Shown here: positions 33,407-42,120 of the stretch, piece after piece
How the letters are laid out: each line of letters starts with the position of its first letter
Position numbering within the stretch: position 1 is the stretch's first letter
DNA from: Rhodoluna sp.
GTDB taxonomy: Bacteria; Actinomycetota; Actinomycetes; Actinomycetales; Microbacteriaceae
Direction of reading: 5' to 3'
DNA: 55,827 bases
NCBI GenBank assembly: GCA_024645105.1
Contig: JAHEGM010000003.1
Location: 1 to 55,827 of the forward strand
Notes under the pieces: generated by a model
Told to the model about the DNA's origin: nothing
The model's database searches: none
What the model saw: only the letters and a program-made list of their open reading frames with translations
Translations under genes and position numbers: made by a program

Positions 33407-34918
33407 ATGAAGGCATTCACCTTGACCACTGCTTCAAGCTCTGCGGCTCAACGACCGCTGACAATTGTCCTTGGTTGTGACACCTTTCCGCCTGACATCA
33501 ACGGTGCCGCTCGCTTTGCTGAGCGTCTAGCAGCCGGTTTGGCAAGACACGGGCACGACGTGCACATCGTGGCATCGGCATATGACGACAGCCACGGCTC
33601 CTTCACTGAGATTCACGATGGTGAAGCCATGACAGTGCACCGAATCAAGAGCTTCCGCATTCCGCAGCATAAGACCCTGCGCTACGTTTGGCCGTTCACT
33701 TTGAAGCGCAAAACAGATCAAATTTTGCGCCAGGTAAAACCCGATGCCGTGCACATCCAGTCCCACCTAATCATGGGCCGCTACCTGGTCAAAAGTGCCA
33801 AGGAGCAGGGTATTCGCTTGTTGGCTACTAACCACATCATGCCTGAGAACCTAATCAAGTATTCGGTGATCATCCCCAAGTTCTTTGAGAAGACAGCCAT
33901 GAAAATGGCCTGGGCTGACGCGGGCCGTGTTTTGAAACAGGTAGATGCAATCACCACACCAACTCGTCGCGCTGCAAATCTGTTGGAAGAGGCCGCCGGG
34001 GTAGAGGGCGTACTTGCCATCAGCTGTGGCATTGATGCATCCAAGTTTGCCAATGCAACACCAACTTCAAATGCGGTTCCAAGAATTCTGTTTCTTGGGC
34101 GCCTAGATTACGAAAAGCACATTCACAATCTTCTGAAGGCTGTAGCGATGCTGCCTAAAAAGCTAAACACCCAAGTTGAAATCGTGGGTGACGGTGGTGA
34201 GCGTAAGCATCTAGAAGATTTGGCTCTCGAGCTTGGAATTTCAAAGCAGGTTAAGTTCCTTGGTCACATCACCGAGGAAGAGCTGCCTAAAGCCTACGAG
34301 CGCGCGACTCTCTTTGCGATGCCGTCTATCGCCGAACTGCAAAGTATTGCAACAATGGAGGCTATGGCCTCTGGCAGGCCCGTAGTTGCCGCCGACGCTA
34401 TGGCTTTGCCTCACCTGGTTCACGATGGCGACAACGGCTACCTGTTTCAGCCAGATGATGTTCAGGAATTTGCCGAGAAGCTAAAGAAGATTCTCACCGC
34501 CGATCAGGCCGAGCTTGATCGCCTCTCGGAGAACTCTTTGCACCTTATTCAGTCACACGATATCGAGCGCACCCTTACGATTTTCGAAGGGCTTTACCGT
34601 GGCGATCAGAATGCAGATACAACCTCTGACGACAACAGCGACACTTACACAAAGGCAATCGGCATCCTGCCAGAGCCACTGCACAATCGCGTGGTTGAGC
34701 TTCGTGAGCGGGCGCGTGCCCTTCGTGAGGCGGCAACGGAGCTGCGCGAAGAAGTTCGTGACGAAGTCAGAGAAAAGCTCGAGGACATTCGTGACGAGGT
34801 AGTCGAGCGCACCAAGGCGGTAAACACCAAGGTGAAGAAGACTGCAAAAAAGACTGCAAACCAGGCTAAGAAAGTTGTAAAGAACGCTGCAGAGCGTCTC
34901 AAAAACGACGAAGATTAG
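33407..34918 (+). CDS. Glycosyltransferase family 4 with C-terminal helical extension (start may be TTG 33422)
   Basis: DTFPPDINGAA, GRLDYEK and ELQSIATMEAMASG (Ex7E) motifs. Confidence 0.92.
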   Translation: MKAFTLTTASSSAAQRPLTIVLGCDTFPPDINGAARFAERLAAGLARHGHDVHIVASAYDDSHGSFTEIHDGEAMTVHRIKSFRIPQHKTLRYVWPFTLKRKTDQILRQVKPDAVHIQSHLIMGRYLVKSAKEQGIRLLATNHIMPENLIKYSVIIPKFFEKTAMKMAWADAGRVLKQVDAITTPTRRAANLLEEAAGVEGVLAISCGIDASKFANATPTSNAVPRILFLGRLDYEKHIHNLLKAVAMLPKKLNTQVEIVGDGGERKHLEDLALELGISKQVKFLGHITEEELPKAYERATLFAMPSIAELQSIATMEAMASGRPVVAADAMALPHLVHDGDNGYLFQPDDVQEFAEKLKKILTADQAELDRLSENSLHLIQSHDIERTLTIFEGLYRGDQNADTTSDDNSDTYTKAIGILPEPLHNRVVELRERARALREAATELREEVRDEVREKLEDIRDEVVERTKAVNTKVKKTAKKTANQAKKVVKNAAERLKNDED

Positions 34919-34933
34919 AAGGATGCAGGTTGG

Positions 34934-35010
34934 GGGGAGTTAGCTCAGCCGGTTAGAGCAGCGGACTCATAATCCGTCGGTCACGGGTTCAAGTCCCGTA
35001 CTCCCCACCA
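34934..35010 (+). tRNA. Non-initiator tRNA with CAT anticodon (tRNA-Ile2 or elongator tRNA-Met)
   Basis: GGGGAGT/ACTCCCC acceptor stem, GCGGA-CTCATAA-TCCGT anticodon arm, TTCAA T loop, encoded CCA; lacks the initiator C1:A72 and the three G-C anticodon-stem pairs. Confidence 0.93.
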
Positions 35011-35072
35011 GAAGTTAAATTGAACGGGACTTCGAAAGACACCTGTCGGTGCCTTTCCATACTCCCCACCAG
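34999..35072 (+). repeat. 13-bp direct repeat of the tRNA 3' end (att-like)
   Basis: TACTCCCCACCAG at 34999-35011 and again at 35060-35072. Confidence 0.75.
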
Positions 35073-35094
35073 TGAACCCCATGAATGGAACCAG

Positions 35095-35601
35095 ATGATT
35101 TTCAGACTTCCGGAAATGAAAGACGAATCCGTTCTAAGAGGCGCTCACGATGAACTTAAAGGAGAGGGCTCGAATTTTCTGCTTGACGGGTTCAGTCAAG
35201 ACCTAGCATTCGAAGAGTACATTTCCAGAGTTCAAAACAGTCAAGCCGGGGTCCATCTTTTAGAAAACCGGGTTCAATCAACCTTTTTACTGCTTGAGGT
35301 GGCAGGCGAGATTGTTGGCCGGGTTTCAATTAGGCACGAGCTTAACGACTGGTTGACCACCTACGGCGGCCACATTGGCTATGCGGTAAGGCCAGGACAT
35401 CGCCGCAAAGGCTACGCAAAACTTTTACTTGCTGAGGGATTGCGTTTGTGCGCCAGTTTAGGAATCTCGAAAGCACTTCTAACCTGCAACGATTCAAACC
35501 TTGCCTCCGCGAAGGTAATTGAGTCAGCCGGTGGAATTCTCGAGAATAAAATTCAAGACTCAGGAACTTTGCTCAGGCGCTACTGGGTTGCGACCAGCTA
35601 G
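35095..35601 (+). CDS. GNAT family N-acetyltransferase (start probably ATG 35095)
   Basis: VGRVSIRHELN, GGHIGYAVRPGHRRKGYA and NLASAKVIE..GG motifs. Confidence 0.9.
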   Translation: MIFRLPEMKDESVLRGAHDELKGEGSNFLLDGFSQDLAFEEYISRVQNSQAGVHLLENRVQSTFLLLEVAGEIVGRVSIRHELNDWLTTYGGHIGYAVRPGHRRKGYAKLLLAEGLRLCASLGISKALLTCNDSNLASAKVIESAGGILENKIQDSGTLLRRYWVATS

Positions 35602-36830
35602 TCAGTAATCGCAGCTCTGAGGTTTCGAACACTCGGAAAACTAAAGGCCACCAAGAGTGCACAAATTGAAATACAGGAGCCAATCACCAGTGCGGTTCCA
35701 GGACCAATCTGCATAGCTACGGGGCCGGCAATCGCAACGCCAAGCGGACCAAAAACGTATGAGCCAAATGTGTCGTAGGAATTCACCCTAGACAAAGATT
35801 CCTCTGGCACATTCTGCTGAATGGTGGTCATCCAGATTACGTAGAAAACATCCAAGGCGATTCCCATGCAAATTGCAGAAATTAGAACAAATAGCAGCGG
35901 GGCGCCAAGGCCAAAGAGCAACAGGAACACTGGCTCAGCCAGCATCAGCATCATGATGAATCTGAGTGGCCTTCGCGGGCGTACTCGATTTGCAATCAAG
36001 GTGCCAAGCAAGAAGCCAACACTCATTAAACCAAGAATCAAACCCCAGCTTGCCGCCCCGTCATATGCTTCAAGGGTTTGCAGTGCTCCCAGCACAGCCC
36101 AGGTAGCCTCAAAGCTTAGGTTTACGAACGCAAAACCCAGAACAATGATCACTAGCCATGATCTTGACGAAAACTCTTTCCAGCCAACCTTGAGCTCGTG
36201 AAGAAAGCTCACTTTGTCTCCAGCTGTTACCTGGCCAGGTTGCGGTAATTTCGCAAGTGGCAAAATCATGGCACCGGCAACCAAGAAGGTAAGCGCGTCA
36301 ATTCCTAAAGCCCAGCCGGTGCCAAGTGTGCTAACCACCAAGCCACCGCTTGCGGTGCCAAGCATGAACGCAATGTTTGATCCAAAGCCAATTGCAGAGT
36401 TTGCGCTTTGAAGTTTTTCGTTTGGCACGATGATTGGGGTAAGTCCTGAAAATGCCGGGTACCAAATGCCATTCAGAATTCCTGAGAGCACGCCAACTAC
36501 CACCAGTAAAAGCACGCTGGGCGAGTCAACGATAAAAGAAGCTGCAACTATCAGAATCAAAAAGCCCAGCAATATGTCGGCCCAGCCCATGGTTTTGGCC
36601 CGGCCAAATTTATCGGCAAATGTTCCACCGGCCAGAAGTAACAGCAACACCGGCAGGGTTCTGCTAACCATTACCAAACTCAAAGAGCCAGCATCGGCAC
36701 CATCAATTGCTAAGACGCCAAAGGCAAGGGCGACAGGTGAAATCCCATTACCAAAATTTGAAACGGTTCTGGCGAAAAATAATTGATAGAAGTGTGGAAC
36801 CTTGCGCAGGTCACGAAGAGTTTGAATCAT
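35598..36830 (-). CDS. MFS transporter (DHA3/MFS_3-like efflux)
   Basis: GTFADKFGR motif A, LQSANS, QQNVPEESLSRVNS; about 12 TM segments. Confidence 0.88.
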   Translation of the reverse strand: MIQTLRDLRKVPHFYQLFFARTVSNFGNGISPVALAFGVLAIDGADAGSLSLVMVSRTLPVLLLLLAGGTFADKFGRAKTMGWADILLGFLILIVAASFIVDSPSVLLLVVVGVLSGILNGIWYPAFSGLTPIIVPNEKLQSANSAIGFGSNIAFMLGTASGGLVVSTLGTGWALGIDALTFLVAGAMILPLAKLPQPGQVTAGDKVSFLHELKVGWKEFSSRSWLVIIVLGFAFVNLSFEATWAVLGALQTLEAYDGAASWGLILGLMSVGFLLGTLIANRVRPRRPLRFIMMLMLAEPVFLLLFGLGAPLLFVLISAICMGIALDVFYVIWMTTIQQNVPEESLSRVNSYDTFGSYVFGPLGVAIAGPVAMQIGPGTALVIGSCISICALLVAFSFPSVRNLRAAITD

Positions 36831-37423
36831 TTAGATTTTTCGGCAAAGTAGCAGGTTGGGCAAAGGGACTCATAGGTCACGTGCACGCCATCGATTGCAA
36901 CCTGTTCGCCATCAAAGACAAACTTGCCATCAAGCTTTCGGCCGTTGAACATGGCCTTTCTGCCGCAGCGGCAAATGGTTTTTAGTTCCTCTAGAGAGTG
37001 TGCAATTTCTAGCAACCTTAGCGACCCGGGGAAGCCGTTGGTGAGAAAGTCCGTGCGAATTCCATAGGCCAACACCGGAACACCATCAAGCACTGCTATT
37101 TCGAGAGCCTGATCAACCTGGTCGCGACTTAGAAACTGTGCCTCATCAATCAACAGGCAGGCAATGTCTTTTCCGGTTGCCTTCTTGAATTCAGCCACGC
37201 GGTTAGAAAATTCATGACGAAGATTTAGCTGTGGGGTGATTAGAAAGTCGACTTCGCGGTCAACACCCAAGCGGCTGGTGATAGCTTTCTCACCCTTTAC
37301 ATCAATTGCCGGCTTTGCTAACAGAACATGCTGGTCGCGCTCTTCGTAATTGTGGGCAGCCTGAAGCAGAGCGGTGCTCTTGCCACTGTTCATGGCACCG
37401 TGACGGAAGTAGAGCTTGCTCAA
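36827..37423 (-). CDS. tdk: Thymidine kinase
   Basis: GAMNSGKST, IDEAQFL, YGIRTDF and KTICRCG..YESLC motifs. Confidence 0.96.
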   Translation of the reverse strand: MSKLYFRHGAMNSGKSTALLQAAHNYEERDQHVLLAKPAIDVKGEKAITSRLGVDREVDFLITPQLNLRHEFSNRVAEFKKATGKDIACLLIDEAQFLSRDQVDQALEIAVLDGVPVLAYGIRTDFLTNGFPGSLRLLEIAHSLEELKTICRCGRKAMFNGRKLDGKFVFDGEQVAIDGVHVTYESLCPTCYFAEKSK

Positions 37424-37427
37424 GGAC

Positions 37428-38669
37428 TTAGCCCTGGTAGCTGCGGAAGGCGATTACGGCGTTGTGTCCACCGAAGCCAAATGAGGTGCTGATTGCCAAG
37501 ATTGGGCCGTCTGGAAGAGCACGAGGAGAGGTGACTACATCCAGAGGAATAGCAGGGTCTTGGTTTTCAAGGTTGATGGTTGGCGGCGCAGTGCGTTCGT
37601 GAAGAGCAAGCACTGTAAAGATTGCCTCAATTGCACCGGCTCCACCAAGCAAGTGGCCGGTTGAAGATTTGGTTGCTGAAACAGCAATGTTGCTTAGGTG
37701 ATCGCCAAAGACGCGAAGCAAAGCGGTGTACTCGGCAATGTCGCCAACCGGAGTTGAAGTTGCGTGCGCGTTGATGTGCACCACATCTTCTGGCTTGGCA
37801 TTTGCCTGCTTCAGCGCTGCGGTAACTGCGCGTGCAGCTCCGGTGCCCTCAGGGTCTGGAGCGGTGATGTGGTGAGCGTCAGAGGTTACTGAACCCCCCA
37901 CAAGTTCTGCATAAATCTTTGCGCCACGCTTCTTAGCGTGTTCCTCGGTCTCAAGAACCAAAGCTCCAGCGCCTTCACCCATAACGAAACCATCGCGGTT
38001 CACATCGTAAGGACGTGAAGCCTTGGCTGGGTCATCGTTGCGCTTTGAGAGTGCGTGCATTGCAGCAAAGGCGGCAAGCGGAAGCGGGTGAATTCCGGCC
38101 TCGCAACCGCCGGCAACCACAACGTCAATCTCACCTGAACGCAAGCGAGCAATAGCGTTGGCAACCGCTTCGGTAGATGAAGCACAAGCGGAAACCGCGG
38201 TGCGAACACCGCCGCGAGCCGCAATATCCATACCGATAGCCGCTGCCGGGCCGTTAGGCATCAGCATTGGAATAGTCATTGGCAGAACTCTGCGCGGACC
38301 TTTTTCTTTCAATGCGTCGTATGCATCAAGAAGGGTCCAGACGCCACCAATACCGGTGGCGTATTCAACCGCGAGACGCTCGGGCACAACATCGGGTGAA
38401 CCCGCATCTGCCCAAGCCTCACGTGCTGCAATTAGGGCAAATTGACTCGAAGGGTCTAGGCGCTTGATTTCCTGCGGAGTAAGCACCTCTGCCGCGTTAA
38501 CCTTTGCCTGACCAGCAAAAGTTACCGGCAGCTCGTACTTGGTAACCCACTCTTCGTTGATGGTCGAGATTCCCGACTCACCAGCCAGCAGGGCCTTCCA
38601 GGTTGAGCGCGCGTCACCACCGAGTGGGGTAGTAGCGCCCACACCGGTGACAACGATTTTCTGAGTCAA
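37428..38669 (-). CDS. fabF: Beta-ketoacyl-ACP synthase II
   Basis: SACAS, NAHATST, GHLLG and SFGFGG motifs. Confidence 0.96.
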   Translation of the reverse strand: MTQKIVVTGVGATTPLGGDARSTWKALLAGESGISTINEEWVTKYELPVTFAGQAKVNAAEVLTPQEIKRLDPSSQFALIAAREAWADAGSPDVVPERLAVEYATGIGGVWTLLDAYDALKEKGPRRVLPMTIPMLMPNGPAAAIGMDIAARGGVRTAVSACASSTEAVANAIARLRSGEIDVVVAGGCEAGIHPLPLAAFAAMHALSKRNDDPAKASRPYDVNRDGFVMGEGAGALVLETEEHAKKRGAKIYAELVGGSVTSDAHHITAPDPEGTGAARAVTAALKQANAKPEDVVHINAHATSTPVGDIAEYTALLRVFGDHLSNIAVSATKSSTGHLLGGAGAIEAIFTVLALHERTAPPTINLENQDPAIPLDVVTSPRALPDGPILAISTSFGFGGHNAVIAFRSYQG

Positions 38670-38686
38670 TTTGGATAAACCTTTAA

Positions 38687-38932
38687 TTACTGAGCGTTTG
38701 TGATGAAGTTAACTGCGTCGCCAACGGTGACTAGGTTCTTTACTTCTTCGTCTGGAATCTTTACGCCGAACTTGTCTTCTGCGTTTACAACGATGGTCAT
38801 CATTGAGATTGAGTCGATGTCTAGATCGTCAGTAAATGACTTGTCTAGCTGAACTGCGTCTGCTGCAATGCCGGTCTCGTCGTTAACGATCTCTGCTAGG
38901 CCTGCAAGAACTTCGCTCTGTGAAAGTGCCAT
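38687..38932 (-). CDS. acpP: Acyl carrier protein
   Basis: DDLDIDSISM phosphopantetheine site, acidic 81 aa. Confidence 0.96.
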   Translation of the reverse strand: MALSQSEVLAGLAEIVNDETGIAADAVQLDKSFTDDLDIDSISMMTIVVNAEDKFGVKIPDEEVKNLVTVGDAVNFITNAQ

Positions 38933-38971
38933 TGGGTTTCTCCTTTAGGGGTTATTTGACCGAGGTTAAGT

Positions 38972-39976
38972 TTACGGTAGGACTACTACTTGGGCGCCGA
39001 AGGCAAGGCCGGCCCCAAAGCCTATTTCTAGAGCCAAACCACCCGATTTGACCTCACCAGACTCCAACAGGGCGTGCATAGCCAGCGGAATAGAGGCGGC
39101 AGATGTGTTTCCGGTGTAAATGATGTCTCTGGCCACGACCACATGATCTGGAACCTCAAGCTGCTTGGCCAATTCATCGATGATTCGAATGTTGGCCTGA
39201 TGAGTGACGATTGCGGCTAGATCCTCGGCTTTTACACCGGCGACCTCAAGTGCCTCACGGGCAACCTTGACCATTTCCCACACTGCCCACTTGAACACGG
39301 TGAGACCTTCTTGGCGAAGAGTCGGCCAGGTGTGCTCGCCGTCGCGGAATTCTAGAAGGGATGCGTTCATGCCAACCGCATCCCAGTGCGAGCCATCCGA
39401 GCCCCAAACCGATGGGCTGATGCCCGGGGTTTCTGACGGGCCAACAATTGCAGCCCCCGCGCCGTCACCGAGCAGAAATGAAATTGTGCGGTCGGTTGGG
39501 TCAATAAAGTCAGAAAGTTTTTCGCCGCCAACAACCAAAACGTACTTGGCCACGCCAGAGCGCACCAAGGCATCGGCCTGAGCGATGCCATAGCAGTAAC
39601 CGGCACAAGCTGCAGAAATATCATATGCGGGCGCAGGGTTTGCGCCAATCTTGTCGGCAAGCAAGGTTGCCGCTGATGGAGTCTGAAAAGGGTGCGTGAT
39701 TGTAGAGAAGATAACCGCGCCAATTTCAGAAGGAGCAATGCCTGCCTTCTTGATTGCCTCGTTCGAGGCCGAAACGGCCATGTCCATCAGACTTAGGTCT
39801 TTACTTGCTCGCTTACGCGTAATAATTCCGGTGCGCTGGCGAATCCATTCATCGCTGGAGTCAATCGGACCGGCGATGTCATCGTTGGTTACGGTCAGGT
39901 CGCCTCGAGCTGCGCCAAGAGAGTAGATACGAGAGAACTTGACGGTCTCGTATTGGTTGAGTGTTGGTTGTGACAT
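38972..39976 (-). CDS. fabH: Beta-ketoacyl-ACP synthase III
   Basis: AACAG, HQANIRI, GNTSAAS and GFGAG motifs. Confidence 0.96.
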   Translation of the reverse strand: MSQPTLNQYETVKFSRIYSLGAARGDLTVTNDDIAGPIDSSDEWIRQRTGIITRKRASKDLSLMDMAVSASNEAIKKAGIAPSEIGAVIFSTITHPFQTPSAATLLADKIGANPAPAYDISAACAGYCYGIAQADALVRSGVAKYVLVVGGEKLSDFIDPTDRTISFLLGDGAGAAIVGPSETPGISPSVWGSDGSHWDAVGMNASLLEFRDGEHTWPTLRQEGLTVFKWAVWEMVKVAREALEVAGVKAEDLAAIVTHQANIRIIDELAKQLEVPDHVVVARDIIYTGNTSAASIPLAMHALLESGEVKSGGLALEIGFGAGLAFGAQVVVLP

Positions 39977-40018
39977 CTTGCCTCTCCTGCGGATACTTCT
40001 AAATTTACCGTCGAATTT

Positions 40019-40945
40019 CTATCGATGGTTGTTGATAAGCGACAAAGCCGCCTCAAGATTTTCTGGTGTCTTCACAGCGAGGGTTTCGATGCCGGGCATC
40101 GCTCGCTTGGCTAGACCAACCAGAGTTCCTGCCGGTGCCAGTTCAATTAATGCGGTGACTCCCGCCTCAACCATCGCTGCCATGCAAAGGTCCCAGCGAA
40201 CCGGTGAGGAGACCTGGTTCACCAATAATTCAACAAACTCAGAACCCGATGAAACTTCGCGGCCGCCGTTATTGCTCCAAAGCTTCACGGTTGGATCTTG
40301 AATCGCGACAGTTTCTGAGTAAGCCCTCAGGGTCTCTACCGCTGGCTTCATGAAGCGAGTGTGAAACGCTCCGGCAACCTGAAGCGGAATAACTCTGGTG
40401 CCCGCTAATGGATTTGCCTGCAACTCGTTGATCGCGGCTACCGAACCGGCGGCAACTATTTGGCCTGAGCCGTTGTAGTTTGCAGGTTCAAGTTCAAGTT
40501 CTGCAAGTTTGGCCTCAACCTCTGATTGGTCACCACCAAGAATCGCGGCCATTGAGGTTGGTTCAAGTGCCGCAGCCTTTGCCATTGCTTGACCGCGCTC
40601 GTTTACAAATTTAATTCCGGTTTCGGCATCGAACACTCCAGAAACGACTGCGGCAGTGATTTCCCCAACTGAGTGACCTGACACTCCGGCAATGCCCGCT
40701 TCGTGTGCAGACTCACCCTGCAACAGAGTTTGCATCGTGGCAACCCCGGCGGCCACGATCAATGGCTGTGCTACGGCGGTGTCGCGAATAGTATCGGCAT
40801 CGCTAATGGTGCCGTGAGAAACAAGATCAATACCCGATGCGTTCTGCATCAACTGGATTGAAGATTTGAACTCTGGAATTTCTAACCAGGGTGCTAGAAA
40901 GCCAGGAGTTTGTGAACCTTGGCCAGGGCAAACGACAACAATCAT
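40019..40945 (-). CDS. fabD: Malonyl-CoA:ACP transacylase
   Basis: PGQGSQ, GHSVGE and GAFHT motifs. Confidence 0.96.
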   Translation of the reverse strand: MIVVVCPGQGSQTPGFLAPWLEIPEFKSSIQLMQNASGIDLVSHGTISDADTIRDTAVAQPLIVAAGVATMQTLLQGESAHEAGIAGVSGHSVGEITAAVVSGVFDAETGIKFVNERGQAMAKAAALEPTSMAAILGGDQSEVEAKLAELELEPANYNGSGQIVAAGSVAAINELQANPLAGTRVIPLQVAGAFHTRFMKPAVETLRAYSETVAIQDPTVKLWSNNGGREVSSGSEFVELLVNQVSSPVRWDLCMAAMVEAGVTALIELAPAGTLVGLAKRAMPGIETLAVKTPENLEAALSLINNHR

Positions 40946-40947
40946 CT

Positions 40948-42120
40948 TTACTTTCTCTTTCTAGTTTCTGTTTCAGTCATTGAACCAAGGACCATGGCTA
41001 CTTGAAGCACAAACGCCTCGCGTGAACCGGTGGCGTCCCAGCCGATGATTTCGGAAATTCTTTTTAGGCGGTATCTAACGGTGTTTGGGTGCACAAACAA
41101 TTCCCGTGCAGTTGCTTCCAACGACCGGCCGGTATCTAGGTAGGTTGAAAGTGTTTCCAGTAGCTCAGGGGAGTTGGCGCTGAGCGGGCGATAGATTCTT
41201 TCAACCAAAGTCTGCTTTGCCAGCATATCTCCGGCCAGAGAGCGCTCTGCCAGTAGGTCCTCTGCGGAGATAGGCCTAGGTGCTTTGGGCCATGTCTTCA
41301 CTACCGCAAAACCTGCAAGAGCGGCTTTTGCCGAACGGTTTGCTTCGGCAACTGAAGGAACCTCTGGACCCAAGACCATAGGGCCGGCACCAAAGTATCG
41401 GTCTAAGCCTTCGGCAATTTTCATAAAGCTTGGCGACTCAGTTTCCGATTCAGGATTCTCAATTCGGCCGATGACCACAATCAGGCGGTTGCCGTGAATT
41501 CCAATCAGAACATCGGCACTATTTTTTCTGGCGATGCGCCTGAGTGAATCTTGGTCAACCGGTTCCGAAGCCACGCCAATCAGTGCAACTACTGAGCCAC
41601 CTGCTCGCCAACCAAGCGCGGCAATTCTTGACGCTAGTTCTTCCTCGTTCTCGCCACTGAGAATTGAGTCAACTACCAAGGCCTCGAGACGGGCATCCCA
41701 CAGTCCTCTTGCTTCGGCTGCGCGGGCATAAACGTCTGCGGCCGAAAATGCTATTTCTCGAGAGTAAAGAAGTACGGCTTCTCGCAGCGATTCGTCTTCT
41801 TGAACCACTCGATCTTCAACCACTTGCACCACAACACGAATAAGTTGCAGAGTCTCTTGCAGTGAGATGGAGCGCAATAGCTCACGCGGTGCGACGCCAA
41901 AAACGTCTGCGGCAACCCAAGGTTGCGACTTCGGATCTTTGTACCAAGAAACAAACGAAGAAATGCCGGCTTGAGCTACCAGCCCAACCGAAGATCTGCG
42001 TGAGGCCGGCATTTGCCTATACCAAGGCAAAAGATCGTCAAGCCTCTTTAGAGTTGTGGTCGCAAGTTCACCCGAAATCGACTTTAGCCAGTCGAGAGTA
42101 GCTTGCTTAGTTCTCGCCAC
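40948..42120 (-). CDS. fasR: PucR/CdaR family regulator of fatty acid synthesis (FasR)
   Basis: [21 protein letters not shown] and [15 protein letters not shown]; sits directly upstream of fabD. Confidence 0.88.
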   Translation of the reverse strand: MARTKQATLDWLKSISGELATTTLKRLDDLLPWYRQMPASRRSSVGLVAQAGISSFVSWYKDPKSQPWVAADVFGVAPRELLRSISLQETLQLIRVVVQVVEDRVVQEDESLREAVLLYSREIAFSAADVYARAAEARGLWDARLEALVVDSILSGENEEELASRIAALGWRAGGSVVALIGVASEPVDQDSLRRIARKNSADVLIGIHGNRLIVVIGRIENPESETESPSFMKIAEGLDRYFGAGPMVLGPEVPSVAEANRSAKAALAGFAVVKTWPKAPRPISAEDLLAERSLAGDMLAKQTLVERIYRPLSANSPELLETLSTYLDTGRSLEATARELFVHPNTVRYRLKRISEIIGWDATGSREAFVLQVAMVLGSMTETETRKRK

